Shown here: one piece after another, positions 30,989 to 44,280 of the stretch
Layout of the letters: every line of letters starts with the position of its first letter
Position numbering within the stretch: the stretch's first letter is position 1
NCBI GenBank assembly: GCA_021613535.1
Contig: CP075497.1
Span: forward strand, 5,332,001 to 5,396,000
Direction of reading: 5' to 3'
Length of the DNA: 64,000 nt
DNA from: Adineta vaga
Lineage: Eukaryota; Animalia; Rotifera
Program-made: the position numbers and the translations under genes
Notes under the pieces: model-generated
The model's input: the letters and a program-made list of their open reading frames with translations, nothing else
The model's database searches: none
What the model was told of the DNA's origin: nothing

Positions 30989-33593
30989 ATGGAACGAAAA
31001 CGTTTACAACATCGACGAATGAAACAACAACAACAACAACGGATTTTCAATAGTCAACAAGATTTAACTGAAGATTTGCATCTTCAACATCATCATCATC
31101 ATCAAAGTCTAACAGATATTTCATCTTCAATTGAAACTTTAAATGATCGATCAGTTTCCCAATTGATTAACGAATTTGAAACACGTACGAATCATACATC
31201 GCTCTTCCTGTACTCGAAAGCCGTTGTCAATTATGAATAATGTTATTTCCAATAAAGTAGATTCTAATAGTCGGCACATGTCTATCAGAACAATGAATAT
31301 CAAGGGTAATAGGAATAACAACGACAGTATCAACAATACCGTCTGTTCGTCAATTTCTCCTGTCATTAATGATGACAATTCAAGAGTTATAGTTGGAATA
31401 CATCGACATCAACACATCGATGACGATAAGGAACAAGAAAAAAAAGAGCAAGTAACACATCAAATATTGAATAACGATCGTCATAAACAAGATTTGCCAC
31501 TATTATCAATCTGCTCTATTGAGAATAAGAATAACAATCATCAATATCTTACACCAATGTTGACACGAAGTACAGATATTGATGAAGCAGAATTAACGTT
31601 AGGTAAACGACATGAAATTCGTTTTCATGATTTAATTATCAAAGAAGCACAATTAAATGATGCACTTGCTGATTTACTTTCAATGACGAATGATGCTGAT
31701 AAATCTTCTTCAATAAATTCATCACCATCAAGATCTATTACAAACAATCTCAAAAATAACAAAACGAATACAATCTCTGATAGTATTGATATATTAAATA
31801 ATTTATTGGAAACATTGGATGTGGATCATAAAACTTTCAATACGAATACTACTACTAATAACAATCAACAAAAGAAAGAAACAAATGATAATAATCATCC
31901 TGTTAAACCAATAAATATGTTTTGGTAGTTAGAATAGAGAGAAAATAAGAATTAAGAATTCTTTTCTTTTCTTTTCACTAAAATACATTATTTTTTTTGT
32001 TAATTCTTTTTAGTCTCATGTTGTCAGATAATATATGTGCCAATTGTCATCAGTCATTTGCGATGAATGAACAAATTGTTAATGCAGCTGGACATATTTG
32101 GCATACACATTGTTTTGTGTAAGTATTCTTTTCTTTGTTCGAGATGAAGTTGTTACTTTGATATTCTTCATCTCGAGTTAATTCAAATTTAAAAATGACC
32201 TTCATTACATCTGGATATACCAGATATATTATCAAAAAGGTCATTTGAAAAAAAAACAGATAAAAATTCATAAAATCGAATATACTGTATTTCTATTGAT
32301 AGGTGTACTCAATGTTTTCAACCATTTGAAAATGGGATTTATTTCGAAGTAAATTATTCAATAGATATGTTTTCTTTTATTGAATTTCTCGTTTTACTTT
32401 TTCAGCATGAAGATCGAAAATATTGTGAACGAGATTTTCAAATGTTATTTGCACCATGTTGTGCTGAATGTAGTAAGTTGAATTTCTAAAACATCTTCCA
32501 TTCTTTCTGTCTTATGTAAATTAGAACAAGCAATTGTTGGTCGTGTCATTCGTGCAATACAGAAATGTTTTCATCCCGACTGTTTTCGTTGTCAATCATG
32601 CCAAGTTCCATTGATTGAAATGGGCTTTTCCAAATATAATGGAAAGTATGTTTAACTATTTGTTTTTGAAGCAAAAAAAATGAATAAAATCTTGTAGAGC
32701 ACTTTGTCGAGAATGTCATACGAAAGAAAAAACAAAAGATTTAAGTTTAACTCAACATATATGTTCGAAATGCCAGTAAGATGAATAAGTAAGAATGATT
32801 TGGAATTAAATTTGATCTTTTTTTAGTCAAATTATTGAAACTAATTGTTTGAAATATAAAGATGAATATTATCATTCCTATCATTTTCAATGTACAACAT
32901 GCCAGTATGTTCTAATTATTATATATATATATGTATAGAATAATTTACTTTGAAATTTTAGAGTTCAATTAGATGAGAATGGTCGAGAAGTACGTGGTTT
33001 ATTATATTGTCTTCCATGTCATAATAAACTTGATGTACCTGTATGTGGTGCATGTCGACGTTTAATCGATGATCGAGTGATTAGTGCATTAGGAAAACAA
33101 TGGCATGTTGAGGTTCGATATTAGTTTTCAATTCTCCAAAACAAATGTGAAAATATTTTTGTTTTTCTTTATCAATTGTAGCATTTTTGTTGTGCTCGTT
33201 GTGGTCAACCATTTTATGGTAGTAAACATTTTGAAAACAAAGGTTTACCTTATTGTGAATCAGATTATCATCTTCTTTTTGGTTCATTATGTTTTATCTG
33301 TAATACTCTTCTCACTGAAGGTGGTAAGTGAAATTGAACTCAAGATTTTATCAAAAGGTTTTTTATTTTATTCTTTAGCTTATACAGCGTGCAATAAGAA
33401 ATATTGTGCTGATCATTTTGCTTGTTCATTATGTGAAAAGAAAATGAATGAAAAAAGTAAATTCTTCGATGTTGATGGTACACCTGTATGTAAACAATGT
33501 TATGGAAAATTACCTTCAAATACACGTAAATCACTTGAACAAGAACAAAAGAAAAAACAATTGTCATCTATTTTCAAACAAAGTACCGTTTAA
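30989..33593 (+). CDS. PINCH/LIMS-like five-LIM-domain protein with a long N-terminal extension
   Basis: CANCHQSF...[15 protein letters not shown]...[16 protein letters not shown]; [30 protein letters not shown]; CKQCYGKLP. 5' ORFs can be joined by an intron at 31185-31257/31260. Confidence 0.85.
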
Positions 33594-33597
33594 TATC

Positions 33598-34704
33598 TTA
33601 AATTTTTGTATTAACAAGATAAAAATGTCCGTAAACAAGCAAATACATAGACATATCAATTTCATCACAAAATAAACCAAGATTTAATGAAAATGTTGTT
33701 AATGACCATTCACTTTCAAATTGATTATGTCGTCCAAGAAGATAGAGACGTGAACGACGACGTAGTAATGAAAAACATCGATTTAATTTTAATGTAAATA
33801 TACGATAATGTAGAAATCGTTTTGAATGAATAGGTTTTGTTTTTATCATTAATTGTTTAACATGACGACAAATATATTGAAAAAAATCATTATCATCTAG
33901 TAAATTCCATTCATTTGCATTGTCTATATCAATTTTTAAAATATCAATACGTGTTGAAAGTGAATCTAATTGAATATAATCTGCTAATTTTCCTATTGTC
34001 ATTAAATTTGAATTATCATCAACTGCAGCTGATGCTGTTAAACCTATTTGATAAAATATCCAATTCGGTTTTATAGTTATCATTCTATCGGATGTATTTG
34101 TTTGAATTGGTTGATAATATGGATCAAATGTAAGTAAACGACAACCACTCCATTCATACAATTGATTATCAAAAGAATCATCAAGTCGATTCTTATCCAT
34201 TCCAATTGACATTATCAAACAAGAATTACGAATTATTGGATCAAGACAAAAGACATGTTCATTATTTTCAAATTGTTTCATATTTGTACATTTGAATGGT
34301 TCAAGATCTTGAGGACGAATAAATTTAGTCTGAGCTTGACACCATTTTCGACTTGATTCCGATCGTTGATCATCATTATGTGTAAATTGAATTCGAGAAT
34401 GAATAAAAGGATCGAGATAATTTGCTGGTGTTACTAGTGATGATACGGCTAATGTTGGATCAGTTATATTCATTTTTTTTATCATCAAATTTTGTAGTAG
34501 TGTTGGTGATAAAGAAACATGACGTCTTTTTGGAGATAGAAATGGTGATGAAGAACTTTGATGTGAAGAATTTTTGATAATGATCATACATGAGATCAAT
34601 GTGATGAGAAATGCAATCGATTTTAACATGAAATAATGTCTCCATTTTAGATATCGAACAAATGGTTGTACAAAATTATTAGATAAGAATCGTAGAGTCG
34701 ACAT
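33598..34704 (-). CDS. METTL24-like (Methyltransf_22/FkbM-type) type II membrane methyltransferase, intronless
   Basis: N-terminal TM; FCLD...CLIMSIG...SFD...GCRLLTFDP; IDILKIDID...EW motif. Confidence 0.75.
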   Translation of the reverse strand: MSTLRFLSNNFVQPFVRYLKWRHYFMLKSIAFLITLISCMIIIKNSSHQSSSSPFLSPKRRHVSLSPTLLQNLMIKKMNITDPTLAVSSLVTPANYLDPFIHSRIQFTHNDDQRSESSRKWCQAQTKFIRPQDLEPFKCTNMKQFENNEHVFCLDPIIRNSCLIMSIGMDKNRLDDSFDNQLYEWSGCRLLTFDPYYQPIQTNTSDRMITIKPNWIFYQIGLTASAAVDDNSNLMTIGKLADYIQLDSLSTRIDILKIDIDNANEWNLLDDNDFFQYICRHVKQLMIKTKPIHSKRFLHYRIFTLKLNRCFSLLRRRSRLYLLGRHNQFESEWSLTTFSLNLGLFCDEIDMSMYLLVYGHFYLVNTKI

Positions 34705-35510
34705 GGTGATGATGATGATGATGTAGAATAATAATAATAATAATAATACAAATAGATATTTTTTTCTCTTTAGTCATCTGTATATTATATATATACAGAA
34801 GAAAAGGCCAAATGCGCTGTCTATTTATTCGTGGAATGAGATAAAGAGCAAGAAAGTTTCTCGAGTTCTTTTTCTCTGTGAATAAAGATAATATGTCATT
34901 TATGTTCGCCATGTTCATGCTTGATTGCAGTAACATTCTTTTGACTAATTATAAAGAAAGCGCATAGGGATACGCTATCAGTTAGACTAATATATAATAC
35001 AATGAATAAGAAGGATCTTTTGATTATAATCATATGGATTATTAAAATGAAATTAATATTGAATCTACATGTATTTAGCAAGAATGATGAAATTTATTTT
35101 GGTTTACTTTTCAAACTTTTGTCATCACTGCAATCGAACATATTTGATTACTATGATCCACCCTTTTCTATAACATAAAATATTTTCGAGAAAAAAAGAC
35201 ATTTTTTTATGTTTATTATCTATTGTTTCTGTTTTTGAAAAATTGGGCGTATTGTTGAACTAAAACAGAATTCATTCATTGCATGAGAATCGTTTTATAG
35301 ACTCATGCGATTTCATTTTTTCTTCATTCAATGCAATTTATCGAGTGGGTTTATTATTTACATAGAACTAAATGAAAAAAAGAGAAAGAAATTTTGAAAA
35401 AATAATATTTACTTACCGTTTTGCTCTCTTACTGCTTATTTAAAAGAAACTTCATTTTACATAATTTTCGTTTCGTATTTTTTAATCACTACGTTTCAGA
35501 TCTTTTCACA

Positions 35511-35991
35511 ATGGTACATTCTATTCACATATGCTTTGTCTTAGCACTTCTGTGTATGATAGTTAAGACTCAATGGATAACAGAAAAAATTGTCGAAGGT
35601 ATTGTCGATCGAGATGATGACTATTGGGTTGTAAAAAGTAAGTTTCTTCATTATTTTTAATCCTGAAATTTTTAACATGTCTTTCATTTTATCAGCGAAT
35701 GGATTAGTTAATCCTCCAAAATTTCCTGCATATATTCGTTTTTATAATACACATACACGAGAAAGTGAATACGAAATCGATGTTTCAAGATCATCTCAAA
35801 TTCTTTATTATAATCAACCACCACAGATTATCTTTCTTACAACAGGTCATTATTGGTCTGAAGGCGATTCATACTACATAACATTGGATGCAGGTGTACT
35901 TTATTCGAATGAAATCGAAAATTCTACCGAATATTTAAGTCCCAAATTTTGGCAATTTCAATGCATTCGTCCAATGTACAGCCAAGAATAA
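35511..35991 (+). CDS. Small secreted protein with a bacterial-type Ig-like (Big_5/SbsA-like) domain
   Basis: Signal peptide MVHSIHICFVLALLCMIVKTQ; two exons; YIRFY...IDV...EGDSYYITLDAG...FWQF. Confidence 0.6.
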
Positions 35992-36090
35992 CCTAATTCT
36001 TTCACAACTTTTCTTTTATTGAACAGTTATTTTATATTTTCAATAAATAAATTTATTTTCCTATACACAGGCGCGCTTCTTTAAATAACT

Positions 36091-36486
36091 ATGAGAGATA
36101 CCGATAGTTTGATGATTATTAGTGATGATAATGATGATTCTTGTTTGTATATCGATGAGAATATCTTTGATTCTTGGACTAATCAACAACAAAACAAATC
36201 AACAAATACAGGCAATCCTTTTGAATTAGATTTCTTCTTCCTATCTTCTCTCAATCGTTTCCAAACACGATCATCTCAGACAATTCTTACATCTAATACA
36301 AGTCTTTTGCAGAAACGTCATCGTACAACATTTTGTCAAGCAGAATATTTTGCAACAAGAATGCAAGAAACAAATACAAATGATGATAACAAAATAAAAG
36401 AAGAGGAAGAAGAAGAACAAAGAATTGAAGTTATGAAAAAACAAAGATCACAAACTGAAAGTTTAATAATATCTTCCTCTAGTTGA
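36091..36486 (+). CDS. Hypothetical low-complexity protein
   Basis: 131-aa ORF preceded by an acceptor-like cacag at 36066-36070; no recognised domain. Confidence 0.4.
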   Translation: MRDTDSLMIISDDNDDSCLYIDENIFDSWTNQQQNKSTNTGNPFELDFFFLSSLNRFQTRSSQTILTSNTSLLQKRHRTTFCQAEYFATRMQETNTNDDNKIKEEEEEEQRIEVMKKQRSQTESLIISSSS

Positions 36487-38098
36487 AAATTTTCAATTTC
36501 TCTTGTTTTGTACGAATTTTCTTTTAAATATGATAAATTATTAAAATGTAGAAAATTTTCGAGATGAAATTATTGACGTCGATTTAGATAAAAGATCTTA
36601 TTAGTAACGTATTCATCGGTTTTCGAGAGAAAAATAATTAAACAAGCTCTATATTAGATATAATCGAATCATTTTCGAAACAAAACTTTCATGACATCTT
36701 ATCATTATGATAGATGAAAGAGTTTTCTAAAATTCGAATAAATTATCTCACGAAGATGTGTTTTATCTCCATGTATTTGATGTAAAATAGAATAAAATTT
36801 GAAAAACTACAACTGCTGGTATAACGATATAAAAAAGGATATGTATTAGTATTTGTCATAATCTTTCCTGACCAAATATCTATACTAAAGCTAAAAAAAC
36901 TACAATCAAATTTAAATAAATAACCATAGCTTTAGTTGAAATACAATAAGATTGACAAAGACTTACAAATTGGCCGCGTATGCAAACACTTTGAAGATTA
37001 TTAAAGCTCGACAATGATTCTGACCTCCAGAACCGGACTAAAAGTGTCATGAACACTATGCATAAAAAAACATTTTTTCCTTGGCAAAAATGCATCAAGC
37101 TATTGAATTTCGCATAACTTTTGACATTGTTTTCCATCAATATTGCATGAGATAAGATTATATGTTTAGTATCATCGTATCTCGTACTGTCTCATATTAA
37201 AACAATTTTCATCGAAATATTCTGCAATTCTAACTTATATGGAACATGAGTCGAGAAAACAATATATCAATTCAAATGATTGATATTTTCTCCACATCAG
37301 CAATGTATATATCTTGACTATTTTCTTTCGTCTTTGTAACTGATTGAATAATTTTGATATTTTGAAATTGATAATGAGTGTCTCAGAAAGAAATCGATAC
37401 TAACATAACTTTGATTTTCGTCGAAACGAAAAGTAACAATCGCTCCACCATTCTTCCGTATCTTTCACTTTTAATAAAACGCATTTTAAGATGAAGATGT
37501 GCAATGCAAAAATAGAGCCATTCATCGAGGATAACCAATTAGTATATATATTACCATACAGATGATCTATACTGCTCTGGTGTTCGTGAAAAGCGTAGAC
37601 CGAATTAAATTGTATGAAAATCAAAAAGTCCAATCTCAACAATCTCACGCGACGATACTAGCGATGTCAAAACTCGCCTATAATTGGTCGAAACATCATC
37701 CGGTATTGGAGTTCGGTTCAGTATGTATGTATGTATGTTGATGTTGTATCCAATGCCATGTGATGTGACTTCTTCCATTCCATTCTGTTTCTGAAAAACT
37801 CATCTAGAAAAAAAAGTAGTCAGAAATATTAAACTGAAAAAAAATATTCTTTTTATTACTTCTTCCTTCTACTCTTTTGTTTAGATCATTTTAAAGTCAT
37901 GCAACAAAAACAGTAGTGTCGTTATTCACTTCAAATCTTTTCTCTCTTCATTTCATTCCATTATTCTTTGTTCTCATATAAATATTAAAAAACAACATTT
38001 ACTTTTCTACTTTTATTTCACATATTCATCTCTAGAAAAGTAAGCAACGATGTTTACAAACCAAATCATAACTATTTCACATCCTTTGCACATAGATT

Positions 38099-38640
38099 AT
38101 GGATGGCGCTGGTGGTAATCCAAATGTTGGCGGTGATGGTTTTGATCCGTGTGAATGCATTGTAAGATTCGTTTTTCTTCATTTATATATGTAGATATAT
38201 TCACTCTCTTTTACACACATTAGAATATGTTTCAAATGAATCATGAACATGCCATGAATCGTTTGACTAATATGCTTCGCAATGCACAAACAACATGTAC
38301 TGATACGGAATGTTTCACTAGTCCGAGTAAGAATGAAACATTAATTTTAATTTAAAATGTAACTTAAAAACCCTTTAGTGCCCGGTCAACAAAATACCGG
38401 TGGTGGTGGTGGCGATACTGGAATGACGAATATGTATTTAATGATAGCCTTATGGCTTGCTATCGCGTTTTTACTTTTCATCTTTCGTCCTCGTACAATG
38501 CGTAACAATCGTGAACAAATTGGCAAATCAAATAATCAAGTAAATCGAAATTTTAAAAATTCCATTATTTTTATAATTCTTCATTAAAGGATCCACGTCC
38601 TGACAATCATCAAGATCCACCAGGACCTGAAGTACATTGA
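38099..38640 (+). CDS. SMIM14: Small integral membrane protein 14
   Basis: GDGFDPCECI / NHEHAMNRLTNMLRNAQTTCTDTECF / TM MIALWLAIAFLLFIFRP / QDPPGPEVH*. Four exons. Confidence 0.9.
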
Positions 38641-40255
38641 ATAAGCAAAGATAAACAAATATATATATATCACATATGATCTTTTACATAATTAATTATT
38701 TAATGAAAAAATCCCATATAGTTTTGTTGTTCTTTGCTCATTTTACAATCATCAACATTATTGTTGATGTTTGTTTTTGCCTATTATCAACTTTAAAATC
38801 AAATCTTCATTATGTTTTCCTGTAAAACATTGTGCCACAGAGCCATTGAATGACTTTTTCTCTATAGTTCTGTATATGTGTGTATTGAATAATCAAGCGA
38901 TAAAAAAAGAATTTTCGAATCGATAACTCGCTTTTTGTCTCCTACTCATTTATGTATCTATCCTATCTTTTATGCAGTTATCGGTTTATCTCATTTTTAT
39001 ATATATGAACAGTGGGTTGTATGTAAAAATTCAGCAACGATCATGTTTTTTTTTGTTCTTGTTTCAATTAAATAAATCATCATCATTGAATATTTATCTC
39101 TTGACGAATGAGAACAATCAATTTTCAAAGTCAAAGATTGACATATGATGGTATTATCGATTTTGCGTAATCACTAGATCCATTATCGAGTATTTCCAAC
39201 AATGATGCAGATGCTTATACATATATATGTATATGTATATGAATGTATTTCCTAATATAGAACTATACGTATGCCGTCGGTTGTCCTTGCTAGTAGGTTT
39301 CCTTCAATACAGATGTGCAAGAGAATGAATAATGCATCTATCTTCTTTTTCTTTCAGGCAGATCATCGGCAAGAAACAGAAGAAGAAGAAGATGATGATA
39401 AAGAACGAACAGTTTTTTTCTCTCGATATTCTTCTTTCTTCTACTTATTATTTTGTTGTTTTCCCATTGGTATAACTAAAAAAGGCATAGATATATTCTC
39501 ATCGGTTTTTCTTCTCGTCAATATTTGTTGTATATTACCATTTGTCTTCGTACTACGCAAAAAGAAAATAAGGACAGTTAGAGACGAAGGTTGCCAAGTG
39601 TCGCCGATTATTTCATAGAAAAAAAAACGATATAGAACTTCTCTTTTTCATTTGTTCTTTGTTATCACTTAAAGCTATTTGAAAGTATACTTTCATCGTC
39701 CAGATCAAGGCTTTCGTATCAACATATATTAGAATTATTATTATTAATAACGAATTTCGGTAAGTCTTAATCTCTACTTAGTTTAAAAAAGAAACATGTG
39801 AACTTTAAACAAGAATGACATTTAGTACTATCAATAGTTTTAACTTGTTGAAATTTATCAGAGAAGTGTAAAACTTTATCAAGTGTTCGAATTGATCGTA
39901 CGAAAATTCAACATAATTTTTATATTCCTTGAGTAAATATCTTCTCGAAAAATAAAAAAAAATAAAACAGACTGTTCTTCGTCTTCTCCTTATCAGATGA
40001 GTCAAAACTCATAATTTACTTAGATATGATACAAATTAACCGTGTCATTCTTCCTTTCCTTATATTAGATTTATAACATATAGAAGAAATGTGAGTTTCA
40101 ATAAACGAACAGAATGAGAAGAAATCGATTTTACCTATGCTGGTTTCAAATTTCATTACATAGATGAAGTGTATACCTGCATGATCTGATACTTTGATTG
40201 AAATGGATTTCATATAAATATATATATTGCACTTTTAGTTTGAATACAAACGATA

Positions 40256-41071
<816 letters not shown>

Positions 41072-43521
41072 ATTTCAAGAAATGAACTTATTAGAACAAA
41101 AACTCCGAATTTTTCTTTTTTTTCTCTCGAAAATTTTGTATAATATCTACTCGTTTGTTTTCAATCAACTAGTCAGTCTACTTAACTACAAAGAAAATAA
41201 AAAGACATATTCATGCATAAAATTGTTTCTGTTCTATCGGTCGAAAGTGATAACATCATTAATAAAAGAATTAGAATTTTGAAAGTAAATCATCTACTAT
41301 ATCAACGTTATATCGATGCATTATTACATTAGAAAAATGTTTTTTAATAGTGTCATGTGAGTACCCTGTCAAGAATCAAGGGAAACGTTCTTGTTTTTTG
41401 TTTTCATTACAGTGTTTACATACGTAAACATACATATTTGATGAGAGATTTGTTCTTAAATATGTGACGAATAAAAACTTCTGGTATATTCAGCTCATAT
41501 TACAAAACAGAAATATAAGAACACAAATAAAATATATTCACTGTCATTATTAATTGCGTAGTGATTATCATGAAGATATCAACATGACCAAGACATCTTT
41601 TGATAGCACGCGAGACTATCAAATATGATTGTCATGCTAAAGATGATAGTGTCGATAGAACTTTAAACAGAATTTATTTTGATTAAATTCGTTGACTCTA
41701 TCAAAAAATAGACTTGATTTCAAGAAAAAATCATGTGTAAATTATGAACGTTTTTGTAAATATGTATTTATATTTATAAAACAGATGATAAATAATATCA
41801 ACACTCTTTCCTTTCATTAACTTATCGATTGTTATAATTGATTGTTTTCTTATCATTTTTCGCAATAACTTGACATATCGTAAAGAAATTTCGTAACAAA
41901 AGGGTTATATCATAAACTTTTATTCTATCTTATATAACAAAAAAAGAATGCGACTTTTTTTGTGTATAGTTGGGTATATAAAGTTCAAATTTCAACTATA
42001 TTAGTGATACATATGGGAGCTCGTTCAGTACTAAACTAATGAACAAATTATTCGATATCACACTTTGATATCTCGAACAATGATCTGTATAAAATACTAG
42101 AACTGATTGATTTAGCGTTGTCTAAATGAAATACTGTAGATACTCACTAATGCATCAATGTTACATCTTCGCATTCTATTAGTCTTTGTAACACTTGTAA
42201 CAAATAATATGAATTTCAACGTATTCAAAACCAATAGAACATTTATTATAGTAACTTGTGTGACAATAGACAATATTCTTTGATTTAATATGTTTTTTTT
42301 TGAGTTATGATATAATATTTAATGATCATATCTACCAATAATCGGCTTGTATTCTTCATAAATAAATCAAACTATCAAAATACAGTATAATCCATTAACA
42401 GACTTCTGCTTTTGTCATTAACAAAGGATAATAATATAGATTGAAAAAGATTATCAAGTTCCTAATGTATTCGTATTTATTGACAGCTAATAAATATCTA
42501 TGAAATCAAACAATACCATATCACTTACAATATATTGATGGACTGTATAAGATTGATCGTCACTCTTTAGTAATTACGAAGACATTATCGAGATGAATTC
42601 AAAATCATCTTTATATATCCCATACTTAAGAAAAAGCAAAACTTGTACTTGAATAACTTCACTTTCTGTCATAAAAGAATGATTGCCTTGCTTTTATTTT
42701 CTCGAAGAAATTTACAGCAGACGAAATTTCGTCATAAAAATCATTCTACAATATATGTGTTGATCAAGTAATATAGTAAAGCATAAAATCTGTCATACAT
42801 TTTTTCTATAGATAGCAAGTTGCATGAAAACTTGAAATCATTTTTACCAATTATTTTTCGCACGAGAACAGGTATTCATTCATTCTTTGTATTCTTGTTT
42901 TCTTGAGCAAACAAAAACAACCGCAATCAATTCAAAAATAACGTCAATGCACAACTTGGTACACTGCTATTACATTGAAAAACAAATAAATCCATTCAAT
43001 CAATAAAGCAAATCAAAATTTGAATATAAAATATAGAAAAAAATGGTTTTATTTCTATTCTTTCAATTTATTTTCATCCTATTTCGAATTCTGAATATAT
43101 GCATTTGATTTGCTGTGAAGTGGTTTCATTATTCATAATACTCATTGAGAACTACCTGTACTTTAATTTGATAAAAAATATATACACTCGTAAACAGTAC
43201 GTATGATTTATTGAACGAATAGATCAAGAAACAAAAGAATGAGATTACCATTAGAATATCATTATCACCAGGTAAAATATATTTTTCGATTGAAATGTAC
43301 TTGAAGAACAGATAAGCGATGTTAGAGTAATAAAGGATTATAATCTCTTTTTTTTCACAGTATTTCATCGAGTACAAGATATGTTAAAGAGATTGCGAAT
43401 AGCATCATTCGTACATTCACTTTTGAATTACAAAAAAAGAGTAGTAAATGAAAGTATTCCACATCGTATATTTTTTATTACATAGAAATATTTCGACTAA
43501 TTTTCTTTCAGATTCGAACAA

Positions 43522-44280
43522 ATGGATGTTCATAGACCATTATCAATTACAAGACAAAGTTTCCATAGTCTTCCATCGCTTAGTCAAAAAACGATGGATC
43601 CTAAATTTATCGTTGTACTTTTTTGTGTTGAAGCTGGTGCTTTAGTTTTCAATAGTATTCATGCAAACGCTCCTGAATTACATATTTATAAGTCTTATAA
43701 TAAACAACCAGTGATTTACAATCTTTCTTCACGTGTTTATTCTTGTTTTTCTTCAATTAATTATTGTATTTATGAACATAAACAATTACGTTTTCTTAAA
43801 ACTATTCATTTAATTTTTATTTCTATAATCGTTATTTGCTATTTTTTTTTAATTACAATTATATTTCGTAAATGGGAAAATTCCAAAGTTCGACACGATT
43901 TAGGTATAACATGGTATGGTGCTATTCAATTAGTTGTTCTATTAACATTAGCATTACATACACTTCTAATGGTTATTCTTTATGAACGAGACTATTCAAA
44001 TATTAAACAATGTAATATTGAAAGTCATTTAGTACGTGCAGAAAATCTTTTTACATACGTTGTTTTAAGTATGTTGGAAATAGCTTATATTGGTTTTGAT
44101 ATATTGAATAGGCAAGCAACAATTCATGCTTTACATCAAGATTTCGAATATCGAGCACGACAAGCTCAACAATCATCACCATCTGAAGAATACAATTATC
44201 GATCAAAACGAAATTTATCACCAGCAGAAAGTTTCGAAAGTGTTGAACAAGAAATGAAATCAGAATTAATTCAAGATTGA
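43522..44280 (+). CDS. Orphan intronless protein with about four TM segments
   Basis: 252-aa ORF with four hydrophobic stretches, loop cysteines and a polar C-terminal tail. Confidence 0.7.
   Translation: MDVHRPLSITRQSFHSLPSLSQKTMDPKFIVVLFCVEAGALVFNSIHANAPELHIYKSYNKQPVIYNLSSRVYSCFSSINYCIYEHKQLRFLKTIHLIFISIIVICYFFLITIIFRKWENSKVRHDLGITWYGAIQLVVLLTLALHTLLMVILYERDYSNIKQCNIESHLVRAENLFTYVVLSMLEIAYIGFDILNRQATIHALHQDFEYRARQAQQSSPSEEYNYRSKRNLSPAESFESVEQEMKSELIQD

Noticed and set aside
31176-31260. Programmed frameshift between overlapping ORFs 30989-31240 and 31176-31928
   Set aside because: A conventional intron from gtacga (31185) to aag/tag (31257/31260) joins the frames correctly.
36310-36345. 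Homeodomain suggested by KRHRTTF
   Set aside because: Only the N-terminal arm-like heptapeptide is present; no helices or WFxNRR follow.
36880-37700. Protein-coding ORFs, an ncRNA or a transposon in the slightly GC-richer stretch upstream of SMIM14
   Set aside because: No recognisable protein motif, snRNA/tRNA/RNase P signature or paired termini; could be promoter or decayed repeat but cannot be supported.
38097-38115. Further CTCF-like match (TGGATGGCGCTGG)
   Set aside because: It coincides with the first codons of SMIM14 (ATG GAT GGC GCT GGT) and is explained by coding.
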